Positions 20,330 through 29,859 of a DNA stretch of 64,000 nt are shown here, piece after piece. A program made the position numbers and the translations under genes. The first letter of the stretch is position 1. Every line of letters starts with the position of its first letter. The stretch is from contig JADHMO010000001.1 of NCBI GenBank assembly GCA_016779995.1, positions 213,308-277,307 of the forward strand, written 5' to 3'. This stretch comes from Flavobacteriales bacterium (GTDB lineage Bacteria > Bacteroidota > Bacteroidia > Flavobacteriales > UBA7312). Below the pieces are notes generated by a model. The model saw only the letters and a list, made by a program, of their open reading frames with translations, made no database searches and was not told the origin of the DNA.

Positions 20330-21086
20330 TTTTAGCCTCGTTCCAATACACATCCATCTCTTTCAAAGTTAAATCTGATAGCTCTTGTCCTTTAGATTTT
20401 ATTTGTTTTTCCATGTATTGAAAGCGTTGAATAAACTTTTTGTTAGTTTTTTCTAATGCATCCTCAGGGTTTACATTCACAAATCGAGCATAATTAATAA
20501 GTGAAAAAAGTAAGTCACCAAATTCCTCGGTAGTCTTCTGCTCATCGCCTTTATCCACTTCGGCTTTTAGTTCCATTAATTCCTCTTGAACCTTATCCCA
20601 CACTTGTTGTTTATCGTCCCAATCGAAACCAACACCACGAGCTTTTTCTTGAATTCGAATAGACTTTACCATAGCTGGTAAAGACTTAGGCACCCCTTCT
20701 AGAACAGAAGTCTTACCTTCTTTTAGTTTTAACTTTTCCCAATTGGCTTTCACCTCTGCCTCATCGGCTACTTCAACGTCTCCATATATGTGAGGATGAC
20801 GATGAATCAACTTTTCACAAACACCATTAAGCACATCTGTAATATCGAAGGTATTTGTTTCAGAAGCTATCTTAGAATAAAAAACAAGATGTAACATAAT
20901 GTCTCCCAATTCTTTCTTTATTTCTTGCATATCACCATCGACTATGGCATCAGACAATTCATAGACCTCCTCTAAGGTTAAGTAACGTAAACTATCAGTA
21001 GTTTGCTTCATATCCCAAGGGCATTTAGCCCTTAAATCGTCCATTATATTCAATAATCTTTCAAAAGCTACAAGCCGTGCGTCCAT
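20322..21086 (-). CDS. mazG: Nucleoside triphosphate pyrophosphohydrolase MazG
   Basis: LRAKCPWD, EEVYEL, KELGDIMLH, KLIHRHPHIYG, EEFGDLLF. Start moved to MDARL (21086). Confidence 0.96.
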   Translation of the reverse strand: MDARLVAFERLLNIMDDLRAKCPWDMKQTTDSLRYLTLEEVYELSDAIVDGDMQEIKKELGDIMLHLVFYSKIASETNTFDITDVLNGVCEKLIHRHPHIYGDVEVADEAEVKANWEKLKLKEGKTSVLEGVPKSLPAMVKSIRIQEKARGVGFDWDDKQQVWDKVQEELMELKAEVDKGDEQKTTEEFGDLLFSLINYARFVNVNPEDALEKTNKKFIQRFQYMEKQIKSKGQELSDLTLKEMDVYWNEAKTI

Positions 21087-21149
21087 AAATAAAATTTTTA
21101 GCAAAAGTAGTATAACAATTTCATACCTTTGCAACCTATTGAATTTTGT

Positions 21150-21350
21150 ATGAAAGTCGTTTTATTAGCAATAGCATTATTAGCTATAGGTTTTGCAGGA
21201 ATAGCCATTAAGATACTCGTCAAGAAAGACGGTAAATTTTCTGGTACTTGTGCTAGTAACAGCCCATTCCTTAACAAAGAAGGAGAAAATTGTGGATTTT
21301 GTGGTGCTAGCCCTGACGAAATGTGCAAAAAAGAAGAAGTGGCTAGTTAG
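21150..21350 (+). CDS. Small single-TM, 4-Cys protein (candidate NqrM-like; see findings)
   Basis: MKVVLLAIALLAIGFAGIAIKIL (TM helix), then GKFSGTCAS...CGFCG...C. Confidence 0.75.
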   Translation: MKVVLLAIALLAIGFAGIAIKILVKKDGKFSGTCASNSPFLNKEGENCGFCGASPDEMCKKEEVAS

Positions 21351-22332
21351 TCACTAGTGATTTAAAACCTTCTGTAGACCAATTCTCCCAGCTTTTATCA
21401 GCATTAGTAAATATCAAAAAAGCCTCTAAATTGGGGTGTTTACTTAAAAAGTCTTTAGTCTGCTCCACTCCCATAACCATAAAAGTAGTGGCATAAGCAT
21501 CTGCCGTCATACAATCGTCTGCAATTACAGTAGCACTTAATAGAGAATGCTGAACAGGATAAGCTGTTTTAGGGTTAATAGTATGAGAATATATCTGACC
21601 ATCTTTTTCGTAAAAGTTTCTGTAATTACCAGAAGTTGCTAACGATTTATTGTGAAGGTTTAATATTATTTGAAAGCGGTCGTTTACATCAATCTCATTA
21701 GAAGGTTTGTCTATACCTACTCTCCATTTTTTGTTTCTAGAATTATATCCTTTTGCTCTGAGTTCTCCACCCAATTCAATTAGATAGTCCGAAACTAAAT
21801 GTGAATCCAAAAGCTCAGCAATGACATCTACTGTATAACCTTGAGCAAGAGCATTAAAATCCATAGTTTTTTGTTGAGGATTAGAAAGTAAGCTATCTCC
21901 TTTAAGCCATAAATCCTGATAACCAACCTGTTGTAATAAAGTGGCTATGTGTAAAGAATCGACCTCTTGTCCGTCATTAGGACCAAAACCCCAAGCCTCA
22001 ACTAATGGTGCTACAGTACAATCAAATAATCCATTGCTGAGTGAAGAAATATGCTGAGAGGCTTTAAAAACACGTACAAAATGGGTGTCTAACAACAAAC
22101 TAGTATCACCTGAATTCAATTGACTTAATAATGAATTGGTATTGTAAGTAGATAATGAATGATCAATAACCGTAAGAAGACTGTCTATTTCATGATGATA
22201 ATCCTCTGAACTCATGTATTTGATACTGTATGAAGTACCTTGAGCAAAACCAACATTATGAATCAAGCTTCTAGAGCTATCTAGTCCTTTACAGCCAAAA
22301 AATAAACAAACAATAAAAAACAAGTATCTCAT
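21343..22332 (-). CDS. apbE: FAD:protein FMN transferase ApbE
   Basis: Lipobox FFGC, AQGTSYSIKY, DFNALAQGYTVD, ELGGE, ATSGNYR, HTINPKT, ADAYAT. Confidence 0.95.
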   Translation of the reverse strand: MRYLFFIVCLFFGCKGLDSSRSLIHNVGFAQGTSYSIKYMSSEDYHHEIDSLLTVIDHSLSTYNTNSLLSQLNSGDTSLLLDTHFVRVFKASQHISSLSNGLFDCTVAPLVEAWGFGPNDGQEVDSLHIATLLQQVGYQDLWLKGDSLLSNPQQKTMDFNALAQGYTVDVIAELLDSHLVSDYLIELGGELRAKGYNSRNKKWRVGIDKPSNEIDVNDRFQIILNLHNKSLATSGNYRNFYEKDGQIYSHTINPKTAYPVQHSLLSATVIADDCMTADAYATTFMVMGVEQTKDFLSKHPNLEAFLIFTNADKSWENWSTEGFKSLVTN

Positions 22333-22377
22333 TACACAAAATTATACATTTGTTTCATAGAATTTAAAATATAAGTA

Positions 22378-22833
22378 ATGAAAATTGATGCAATTTCAGT
22401 AGATGATTATTTTGATAAAATTCCTGAAGAAAGGAAGGATATAATGAATAAAATAAGAGCCATTATTAATGCCAATCTTCCTAATGGTTTTGAAGAATGT
22501 TTGGGCTATGGAATGCCTAGTTGGGTAGTGCCTCATTCTATATATCCTCATGGATATCATGTTAGCCCTCAGCTACCATTACCTTTTATGAGTATAGCCT
22601 CACAAAAAAACTTTATTGGACTATATCACATGGGAATATACGCCGACTCAAAATTATTTAAATGGTGGACAGAAGAATATGCTAAGCATTGTAAAAGGAA
22701 GCTAGATATGGGGAAAAGTTGTGTTAGACTTAAGTATTTAGATGAAATACCTTATGATTTAATTGCCGAACTATGTAAAAAAATAAGTGTTAAGGATTGG
22801 ATTAACACCTATGAAAATAGTTTAAAGAGGTAG
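22378..22833 (+). CDS. DUF1801 domain protein
   Basis: GYGMPSWVVPHSIYPHGYH, ASQKNFIGLYHMG, LDMGKSCVR. Confidence 0.88.
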   Translation: MKIDAISVDDYFDKIPEERKDIMNKIRAIINANLPNGFEECLGYGMPSWVVPHSIYPHGYHVSPQLPLPFMSIASQKNFIGLYHMGIYADSKLFKWWTEEYAKHCKRKLDMGKSCVRLKYLDEIPYDLIAELCKKISVKDWINTYENSLKR

Positions 22834-23043
22834 CTATTTCTTTTTAAGATACATTGTTTTAAGTACCACTCGTGTGCCATTCACTTTACAATCAACTTCG
22901 TTAGCATCATCTGTCAAACGGATGTTTTTGACTTTAGTGCCCTTTTTTATGACTAAAGGAGAACCTTTGACGTCAAGAGTTTTAATAACAATGACTGAGT
23001 CACCATTAGATAAAGAATTACCATTACAATCATTTACATCCAT
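22834..23043 (-). CDS. PhnA/YjdM C-terminal domain-only protein
   Basis: DCNGNSLSNGDSVIVIKTLDVKGS...KGTKVKNIRL...LKK. Confidence 0.8.
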   Translation of the reverse strand: MDVNDCNGNSLSNGDSVIVIKTLDVKGSPLVIKKGTKVKNIRLTDDANEVDCKVNGTRVVLKTMYLKKK

Positions 23044-23135
23044 AATTTAATCTTTGAAACAAATGTAACTAAAGTCATTGGCTAAACTGAAAAAAATATC
23101 TAATTTTAAATCGTAATTTTTAAATCCCTTAAACC

Positions 23136-23360
23136 TTGAAAATAATAAAGTATATCAACTTTTTAATGATAGTTGCGTTTGTTATTCTAATTCTTTTAAA
23201 AATACTTTCAGTTTTAGAATTGGGAATAAAAAAAGATACTATAATAAATCCCGATCAATCATTTCTAGTAGAAATTTGTAGTGATAATAAACTAGAAATA
23301 GGCATAGTAGCTATACTACTGCTAATAGTCTTATCTGTTTATCAAATACTAAAAAAATAA
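23136..23360 (+). CDS. Hypothetical 2-TM small protein
   Basis: 74-aa ORF (TTG start) with two hydrophobic segments. No family recognised. Confidence 0.5.
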   Translation: MKIIKYINFLMIVAFVILILLKILSVLELGIKKDTIINPDQSFLVEICSDNKLEIGIVAILLLIVLSVYQILKK

Positions 23361-23366
23361 ATAATC

Positions 23367-23564
23367 TTATTCATTAGATTGCTTATCGCTAGGTAGAACT
23401 GGGATAAATGATTTTTTTATTTTCTGACCACAACTAATGCAGTTTATAAGAATTGAACGAGGCTCGTCTTGGTAATAGTACCTACTAGAAAATGAAGATT
23501 CATCTTTTACTACTTTTCTCTTAAACCTACAAGAACAAAAACCTTGTTTTCTTACTATTTTCAT
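23367..23564 (-). CDS. Hypothetical basic protein with CxC and CxxC (possible zinc ribbon)
   Basis: 65-aa ATG ORF with FCSC and NCISCG. It fills an otherwise empty gap. Confidence 0.5.
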   Translation of the reverse strand: MKIVRKQGFCSCRFKRKVVKDESSFSSRYYYQDEPRSILINCISCGQKIKKSFIPVLPSDKQSNE

Positions 23565-23580
23565 AAATGATGTATAGTAA

Positions 23581-23701
23581 GGGGGGATTTTGTGCGTCTA
23601 AACACGAGAAAACAACCAAAGGCTCTTAACCCACCCCCCCTAATTAAAGGAAAATAAGGTTAAGAGAAAAATCATAAAGTTTGGTTGAATTGTGTTTAGA
23701 C
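23581..23701 (-). ncRNA. Putative structured RNA or leader (rod-like, three nested helices) containing an 11-codon ORF
   Basis: Perfect complementary pairs 23596-23605/23692-23701 (10 bp), 23613-23620/23680-23687 (8 bp) and 23623-23631/23658-23666 (9 bp). A -7-like TATATTAG lies just upstream on the minus strand. Confidence 0.6.
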
Positions 23702-23746
23702 TTCGCTAATATAAGTTAAAAAAGACAACTCTATTAGTGAAAAAAT

Positions 23747-23784
23747 AAAAAAAACCTCACTTATTTCAAGTGAGGTTTTTTTTT
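23747..23784. terminator. Intrinsic terminator of the nqr operon (bidirectional-type)
   Basis: A8-CCTCACTT-atttc-AAGTGAGG-T9 hairpin directly after the nqrF stop. Confidence 0.9.
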
Positions 23785-23800
23785 AAAATAATAAATTTTA

Positions 23801-25105
23801 TTATCCACCGAAATCATCAAAACGGACATTCTCATCAGGAATACCCCAATCATCAGCCATCTTTAAAACAGCTTGGTTCATAAGTGGTGGACCACAGAAA
23901 TATAATTCTATATCTTCAGGTGCTTCATGTTTGGTTAGGTATTGATCAATTACAGCTTGGTGTACAAAACCAACAAAACCATCACCCTCCTTATCGTCTA
24001 AATCTTTCTTAGGCGTCCAATTATCTTCTTCTAATGGCTCAGACAAAACAATTTCAAAATTAAAGTTTGAAAATTCTTTTTCTAAGCTATAAAAGTGGTC
24101 CAAGTAGAATAACTCTCTCTTTGACCTACCGCCGTACCAATAACTTACTTTTCTACCAGTCTTCAAAGTTTTGAATAACTCATAAAGGTGTGAACGCATT
24201 GGTGCCATTCCTGCACCACCACCGATATATAGCATCTCCGCTTCAGAATTATTGATAAAAAATTCACCGTAAGGCCCTGAAATAGTAACCTTATCTCCAG
24301 CTTTTCTGCTAAAGATGTAAGAAGACGCTACACCTGGATTTACGTCAGCCCATGTATTTTTTGCTCTGTCCCAAGGTGGTGTGGCAACACGAACGTTTAG
24401 CATAACACGTCTACCTTCAGCAGGATAAGAGGCCATAGAGTATGCTCGAACCACTTCTTCATCATTCTTCATCTTAAGTGACCATAAACCGAATTTATCC
24501 CACTCCAATTTGAATTTTTCTGCCTCATCGTGTTCATCAGGATGTGCCGTAATGTCCATATCGGCATAATTGATTTCACAATCAGGAATTTCAATCTGTA
24601 TGTATCCACCTGCTTCGTAGGGCATATCCTCAGGAATTTCTACAATAAACTCCTTAATGAAAGAAGCAACATTATAGTTAGAAACAACTGTGGCTTCCCA
24701 TTTTTTTACACCAAAAACTTCTTCAGGAATAGATATTTCCATATCCTCTTTTACCTTAACCTGACATCCTAAACGGTAGTTGTCTGCAATTTCTTTTTTA
24801 GAGAAGTGTGGTTCTTCAGTAGGTAAGATACCACCACCACCATTATGCACTTGGCAAGTACATTGAATACAGGTACCACCACCACCACAAGCAGACGGTA
24901 AGAATATACCTTCATTACTTAAGGTGTTAAGTAAAGTAGAACCTCCATCGACTTCTATTTCTTTTTCTCCATTGATGGTAATTTTAACTTTACCAGATGG
25001 CATCAGCTTGGCTTTGGCAAATAAAAGAATACCTACCAAGGCGAAAATTACCAATAAAAAAATGGCTATACTTGAAACTATTGTTGTTGTACTTAATATT
25101 ATCAT
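23801..25105 (-). CDS. nqrF: Na+-translocating NADH:quinone reductase subunit F
   Basis: [2Fe-2S] motif [10 protein letters not shown]...[41 protein letters not shown]. Confidence 0.98.
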   Translation of the reverse strand: MIILSTTTIVSSIAIFLLVIFALVGILLFAKAKLMPSGKVKITINGEKEIEVDGGSTLLNTLSNEGIFLPSACGGGGTCIQCTCQVHNGGGGILPTEEPHFSKKEIADNYRLGCQVKVKEDMEISIPEEVFGVKKWEATVVSNYNVASFIKEFIVEIPEDMPYEAGGYIQIEIPDCEINYADMDITAHPDEHDEAEKFKLEWDKFGLWSLKMKNDEEVVRAYSMASYPAEGRRVMLNVRVATPPWDRAKNTWADVNPGVASSYIFSRKAGDKVTISGPYGEFFINNSEAEMLYIGGGAGMAPMRSHLYELFKTLKTGRKVSYWYGGRSKRELFYLDHFYSLEKEFSNFNFEIVLSEPLEEDNWTPKKDLDDKEGDGFVGFVHQAVIDQYLTKHEAPEDIELYFCGPPLMNQAVLKMADDWGIPDENVRFDDFGG

Positions 25106-25127
25106 TTGTGTGTTTGTTCTAAACGAA

Positions 25128-25745
25128 TTATAATTTGATTCCCATAAAGCTCATAAACGCAATACCCATAAGACCTGTAATAATAAAGGTGATACCTAGA
25201 CCTCTTAATGGAGCAGGTACATGAGAATAACGTATTTTTTCACGGATAGCGGCAATAGCTACAATAGCTAAAAACCAACCAATTCCAGAACCTAGACCAA
25301 ATACTGTAGCTTCTACAATACTGGTATATGCTCTTTCTTGCATAAATAATGAACCACCCAAAATAGCACAGTTAACGGCTATAAGTGGCAGGAAAATACC
25401 TAAAGAGCCATATAAAGCAGGAGAAAACTTCTCTACAATCATTTCTACTAATTGAACCATAGAAGCAATGATGGCAATGAACATAATGAAACTCAAAAAG
25501 CTTAGGTCTACATCAACGAAAGATTCGCTAAGCCAAACCAAAGCCCCTTGTTTCAAAATGAAATTTTCTAATAAATAGTTGATAGGAATGGTAAAGCCCA
25601 ACACAAAGATGACGGCAAAGCCCATACCAACTGATGTTTTTACTGTTTTGGATACTGCCAAATAGGAACACATCCCTAAAAAGTAGGCGAATATCATATT
25701 GTCAATGAATATCGACTTGATAAATATATTTGCTAATTCTTGCAT
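25128..25745 (-). CDS. nqrE: Na+-NQR subunit E
   Basis: [35 protein letters not shown]. Confidence 0.97.
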   Translation of the reverse strand: MQELANIFIKSIFIDNMIFAYFLGMCSYLAVSKTVKTSVGMGFAVIFVLGFTIPINYLLENFILKQGALVWLSESFVDVDLSFLSFIMFIAIIASMVQLVEMIVEKFSPALYGSLGIFLPLIAVNCAILGGSLFMQERAYTSIVEATVFGLGSGIGWFLAIVAIAAIREKIRYSHVPAPLRGLGITFIITGLMGIAFMSFMGIKL

Positions 25746-25755
25746 AGTATCAATA

Positions 25756-26403
25756 TTAAGATTCGATTAAATCTCTGTTTTTCATTCTTTGTATCCAGAT
25801 AATTATACCTACTGTAATAAGTGCCATAGGAGGTAAAATCATCATACCATTGTTTTCGTAACCCATTTCGTAAAGTCCCATTTTTTCAAGTACTGGATAA
25901 CCAAATAGTGTACCAGCACCTAGCAACTCTCTAAAGAATGCTACGACAATTAGTATCCAACCATAACCAAAGGCGTTACCTAAACCATCTAAAAATGATT
26001 TCCAAGGACGGTTTCCTAAAGCAAATGCTTCAAGACGACCCATAATTATACAATTGGTAATGATAAGTCCAACAAATACGGACAGTTCCTTACTTACATC
26101 GTAAACAAAGGCTTTAAGCACTTGGTCAACTAAAATTACTAGAGCAGCAATTACTACTAACTGTACAATAATTCTAATTCTTGATGGAATTAAATTTCTC
26201 ATAAAAGATACCAACACATTGGCAACTGATAGCACCACCAAAACAGAAATAGCCATTACAATAGCTGGTTTCAACTGAACCGTAATTGCTAAAGCAGAAC
26301 AAATACCCAATACTTGAGTAGTAACAGGGTTATTGTCGTTCAAAGGATCTATTAATAGTTTTCTATTTTTCTTAGAAAACAAAGCTTCTTTTTTATCGCT
26401 CAT
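25756..26403 (-). CDS. nqrD: Na+-NQR subunit D
   Basis: [39 protein letters not shown]. Confidence 0.97.
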   Translation of the reverse strand: MSDKKEALFSKKNRKLLIDPLNDNNPVTTQVLGICSALAITVQLKPAIVMAISVLVVLSVANVLVSFMRNLIPSRIRIIVQLVVIAALVILVDQVLKAFVYDVSKELSVFVGLIITNCIIMGRLEAFALGNRPWKSFLDGLGNAFGYGWILIVVAFFRELLGAGTLFGYPVLEKMGLYEMGYENNGMMILPPMALITVGIIIWIQRMKNRDLIES

Positions 26404-27170
26404 TATTGTATAGTATTTAAATTAAATGCCATTGTACTATCTACTACTAAAGAGTCTGTTGGCAATTCTATCATTTCAGACATTTTTTTATTGAAGAATG
26501 CTAAATACTGACCAAAACGCTCAGCTAACATATCAGTTACACCGTCAGAAGTTATTGTACCACCTGAAATACCATCAACAGCGTGCATATCATCTTCTTT
26601 AGCACCACCCTTGACAACATTGATAGAAACTAACTCCGTTCCTTCAAAAATTGTTTTTCCAATAAACGGCTCTTGAAACCAACCTAATGAAATTTCCGCC
26701 CCTAAACCTGGAGTTTCTGATTTATGATCAAAGACCGCACCAGAAATAGTACTCATATCTTCTTTAAGAGCTACAAAACCCCAGATTGGACCCCATAAAC
26801 CTTTACCTCTCATTGGAAGAATATAAATCTTTTCACCATCTTGTTGACTTTCGAAAACAGGAAGCAATTGTTGATCGGCTGACTTTTTGAGTTCAACTCC
26901 CAAATCAACCGTAAAAGCGTCTCCTTCTACTTCTTCTCCTTTGTTATTAAGAACATAGGTATTGACGATGTTTTTCTCGTAAGCGGCTGCCGCATCTTCA
27001 CGACTAACTTCGATACCAACTGTAGAAAGTATATTCTGTTTCTTTTCCGACTCTATATTTTTGTCTTGAAATGGTTTTAGGCTAATAGCAGCAGCAGATA
27101 GCAAAGTAGCTACCAAGACAACCATTATTGCAGCAAAACCAAAAGTGTAGGAATTTTTATTTACATCCAT
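26403..27170 (-). CDS. nqrC: Na+-NQR subunit C
   Basis: GKGLWGPIWG, ETPGLGAEI, flavinylation motif DGISGGTITS. Confidence 0.97.
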   Translation of the reverse strand: MDVNKNSYTFGFAAIMVVLVATLLSAAAISLKPFQDKNIESEKKQNILSTVGIEVSREDAAAAYEKNIVNTYVLNNKGEEVEGDAFTVDLGVELKKSADQQLLPVFESQQDGEKIYILPMRGKGLWGPIWGFVALKEDMSTISGAVFDHKSETPGLGAEISLGWFQEPFIGKTIFEGTELVSINVVKGGAKEDDMHAVDGISGGTITSDGVTDMLAERFGQYLAFFNKKMSEMIELPTDSLVVDSTMAFNLNTIQ

Positions 27171-27174
27171 AATA

Positions 27175-28320
27175 TTAAGCGTTAGCTCGTTTTAATCTTC
27201 TTTTAATATTTCCTTGAATAACGAAATGATCTACTAATGGTGCAAAGATGTTCATTAATAGAATTGCCAACATCATTCCCTCAGGGTATGCTGGGTTAAA
27301 TACACGAATAACTATGGCAAATACACCGATTAGAAATCCGTATATATATTTTCCTCTATTCGTTTGTGAACCTGTCACAGGGTCTGTTGCCATAAATACA
27401 GCACCAAAAGCAAAACTTCCAATGATTAAGTGAATCTCAGCAGGTGTTGCCATCAATTCGTTTGCACCCCACATATTAAATAGTGTTGCCATAACAAAAC
27501 CTCCAACAAAGGTAGAAAGGATAATTCTCCAACTCCCAATACCTGTAGCTATAAGTATAAGAGCTCCTATCATAATAGCAATGAATGAAGTCTCTCCTAC
27601 TGAACCAGGAATAGTTCCCATCATCATATCAAAAGGATTGAACGATAGGGATTGCCAATTAGCAGATGCTGCTAACTCTCCTAAGATAGTAGAACCCGAG
27701 TGACCATCAACCATAGCGTTGTGTACCCATACTTTATCACCCGACATATATATAGGATAGGCAAAGAATAAAAACGCTCTGGCAGTAAGTGCTGGGTTTA
27801 AAATATTCATACCTGTACCACCAAACACTTCCTTTCCTATTACAACAGCGAAGATGACTGAAATGGCTAACATCCACAATGGTACATCAATTGGCATAGT
27901 AAGAGGAATTAATAATCCTGTTACCAAATATCCTTCGTTTACAGAGTGACCACGATAAATAGCGAAAGCAAATTCAACAGCTAATCCTACTGCATAGGAA
28001 ACAATAATGAGGGGTAAAAACTTCCAAAATCCGAAAATAAAATTCTCAACTAATGTAGCAGTCTCTCCAATAGCAAGGTGGTATTGATAACCAACATTCC
28101 ACATCCCGAATAATAAACATGGAATTAAGGCTACTATAACCATAAACATGGTACGTTTCAAATCAATAGCATCTCTTACGTGAGCACCCTTGTGAGTAGT
28201 ATGATCTGGCACAAACAAAAAGGTCTCAAAAGCATCGTATGCAGGATACAATTTTTCAAGTTTTCCACCTTTTTCAAAGTGAGGTTTTACCGAACCCAAT
28301 AAATTTTTAAATAATTTCAT
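27175..28320 (-). CDS. nqrB: Na+-NQR subunit B
   Basis: DLKRTM, GKEVFGGTGMNILNPAL, DGHSGST flavinylation motif, FMATDPVT, YPEGMMLAIL. Confidence 0.97.
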   Translation of the reverse strand: MKLFKNLLGSVKPHFEKGGKLEKLYPAYDAFETFLFVPDHTTHKGAHVRDAIDLKRTMFMVIVALIPCLLFGMWNVGYQYHLAIGETATLVENFIFGFWKFLPLIIVSYAVGLAVEFAFAIYRGHSVNEGYLVTGLLIPLTMPIDVPLWMLAISVIFAVVIGKEVFGGTGMNILNPALTARAFLFFAYPIYMSGDKVWVHNAMVDGHSGSTILGELAASANWQSLSFNPFDMMMGTIPGSVGETSFIAIMIGALILIATGIGSWRIILSTFVGGFVMATLFNMWGANELMATPAEIHLIIGSFAFGAVFMATDPVTGSQTNRGKYIYGFLIGVFAIVIRVFNPAYPEGMMLAILLMNIFAPLVDHFVIQGNIKRRLKRANA

Positions 28321-28331
28321 AGTAAATAATT

Positions 28332-29681
28332 CTAACTACATTCTTTTTTAACCAAATCTAAGCCTTCACGAATAATGCTTTGAACTTCCATTTTAGAAGT
28401 ACATACAAATTCGCAAAGTGCCATGTCTTCTGCAGACACTTCATAGATACCCAATTGCTCCATAGCATCGATATCTTCAATCATGCACGCTTTGACAAGC
28501 TGCATAGGATAAATATCCATAGGCAAGACTTTTTCGTACTGCCCCGTAACTACATAAGCTCTTTCTTCACCATTGTAGTTTGTATTCAAATTGTATTTCT
28601 TAGCTGGTGTTAACCACGAAAAATACGACTTAGACATCGAGAATTTTTGTAAACCTGGAGCAATCCAACCTAAAAATTCTTGCTCATTACCCTCTGGAAT
28701 TACAGTAATCTGAGAATCGTAAAAGCCAATACAACCGTCAGCAGAAATTTGAGTACCAGTAAGCACATTGCCACTAATAAATCGGTTGCTACCATCTTTA
28801 ATAGAATTTTCAGATATCATATTGGAGATAGATGCGCCAGAAATTGTTCTGTAATAACGTGGTCTTTCAACTTGTGAACCAGTCAAAGCAACAATGCGAG
28901 ATACATCGTATTTGCCATCAGTAAACAAACGTGCAATAGTCAAAACATCTTGTGGATACAAATACCACACCACATCGCCTTTGTTAATAGGGTCTATGTG
29001 ATGAACTTGCACACCAACATTACCTGCTGGGTGAGAGCCAGAAATTTTGTTGATTTCCACTCCTTTACAATCCGTAAATACTTTGGATGGATTGGTATTA
29101 CCATCAACATTGAGGTGTACCTTACCGTCTGTCAATTTCTTAATAACCTCTATTCCTACTTGGAACTCCTTGTCTAAACCATGTAAAACGAAATCGTTAT
29201 CTGGTGCTAAAGGAGCAGTATCAAATGTAGAAATAAATATGGCTTTAGGATTGTCCGAAGGGTTAGCAATCGTATCAAATGGCTTTTGACGAATAAATGG
29301 CCAAACGCCACTATCCAATAAGCCTTTAATAACTTGCTCTCTAGAGGCCTTAGCGTCTAGAGAAAAACTTTCATAACTAACTTCTGAATCGGCAGCAATT
29401 TTAACCTCCATAATTCTACGCTTAGCACCACGAACAATTTCTGTCACTTCACCACTAACAGGCGATGAAAAACGAATGCGTTCGTCATACTTATCGAAGA
29501 ACAAGCACGTACCAGCTTTGACTTTATCACCCTCTTTAACAACCATTTTGGGTGTCAGAGCGTGAAAGTCTGTTGGTTTAATACTAAAATTTTGAGATCG
29601 AGGAATACTGGCGTAAACTTTATCGGCCTCCCCTTGTAGGTTGATATTAAGGCCTTTTTTTAATCTGATATCTTTTGACAT
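28332..29681 (-). CDS. nqrA: Na+-NQR subunit A
   Basis: IRLKKGLNINLQG, SPVSGEV, HPAGNVG, EDMALCEFVCTSK. Confidence 0.97.
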   Translation of the reverse strand: MSKDIRLKKGLNINLQGEADKVYASIPRSQNFSIKPTDFHALTPKMVVKEGDKVKAGTCLFFDKYDERIRFSSPVSGEVTEIVRGAKRRIMEVKIAADSEVSYESFSLDAKASREQVIKGLLDSGVWPFIRQKPFDTIANPSDNPKAIFISTFDTAPLAPDNDFVLHGLDKEFQVGIEVIKKLTDGKVHLNVDGNTNPSKVFTDCKGVEINKISGSHPAGNVGVQVHHIDPINKGDVVWYLYPQDVLTIARLFTDGKYDVSRIVALTGSQVERPRYYRTISGASISNMISENSIKDGSNRFISGNVLTGTQISADGCIGFYDSQITVIPEGNEQEFLGWIAPGLQKFSMSKSYFSWLTPAKKYNLNTNYNGEERAYVVTGQYEKVLPMDIYPMQLVKACMIEDIDAMEQLGIYEVSAEDMALCEFVCTSKMEVQSIIREGLDLVKKECS

Positions 29682-29712
29682 CTCTTTTTGTAAAAATTGT
29701 GATTTTCGTGCG

Positions 29713-29720
29713 CAAAAATA
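29713..29720 (-). promoter_or_regulatory. -7 element for the nqr operon
   Basis: TATTTTTG on the minus strand, 32 nt upstream of nqrA. Confidence 0.6.
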
Positions 29721-29767
29721 TACATTTGTAGCAAACTAAACGCACCACATTTCAATAAGAGTTTTTA

Positions 29768-29786
29768 ATTTATAATGATTCTAAAT
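29768..29786. promoter_or_regulatory. Fur/PerR-family-like palindromic operator
   Basis: ATTTATAAT-G-ATTCTAAAT. The core TTATAATGATTCTAA has one mismatch to the 7-1-7 Per box TTATAATnATTATAA. Confidence 0.5.
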
Positions 29787-29859
29787 AAGAGTGGGTTTTC
29801 TTGCTTGAAAAGGTGGTAATAAATGAGTAAAATAGTAGTTAATAATAAAAAATAAGACT

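Noticed and set aside
23581-23701. Calling the structured RNA 6S/6S-Flavo outright
   Set aside because: It lacks the large symmetric central bubble I would expect and is not in the zapA-rny context I recall for Bacteroidota 6S. It needs a covariance-model search, so it is left unnamed.
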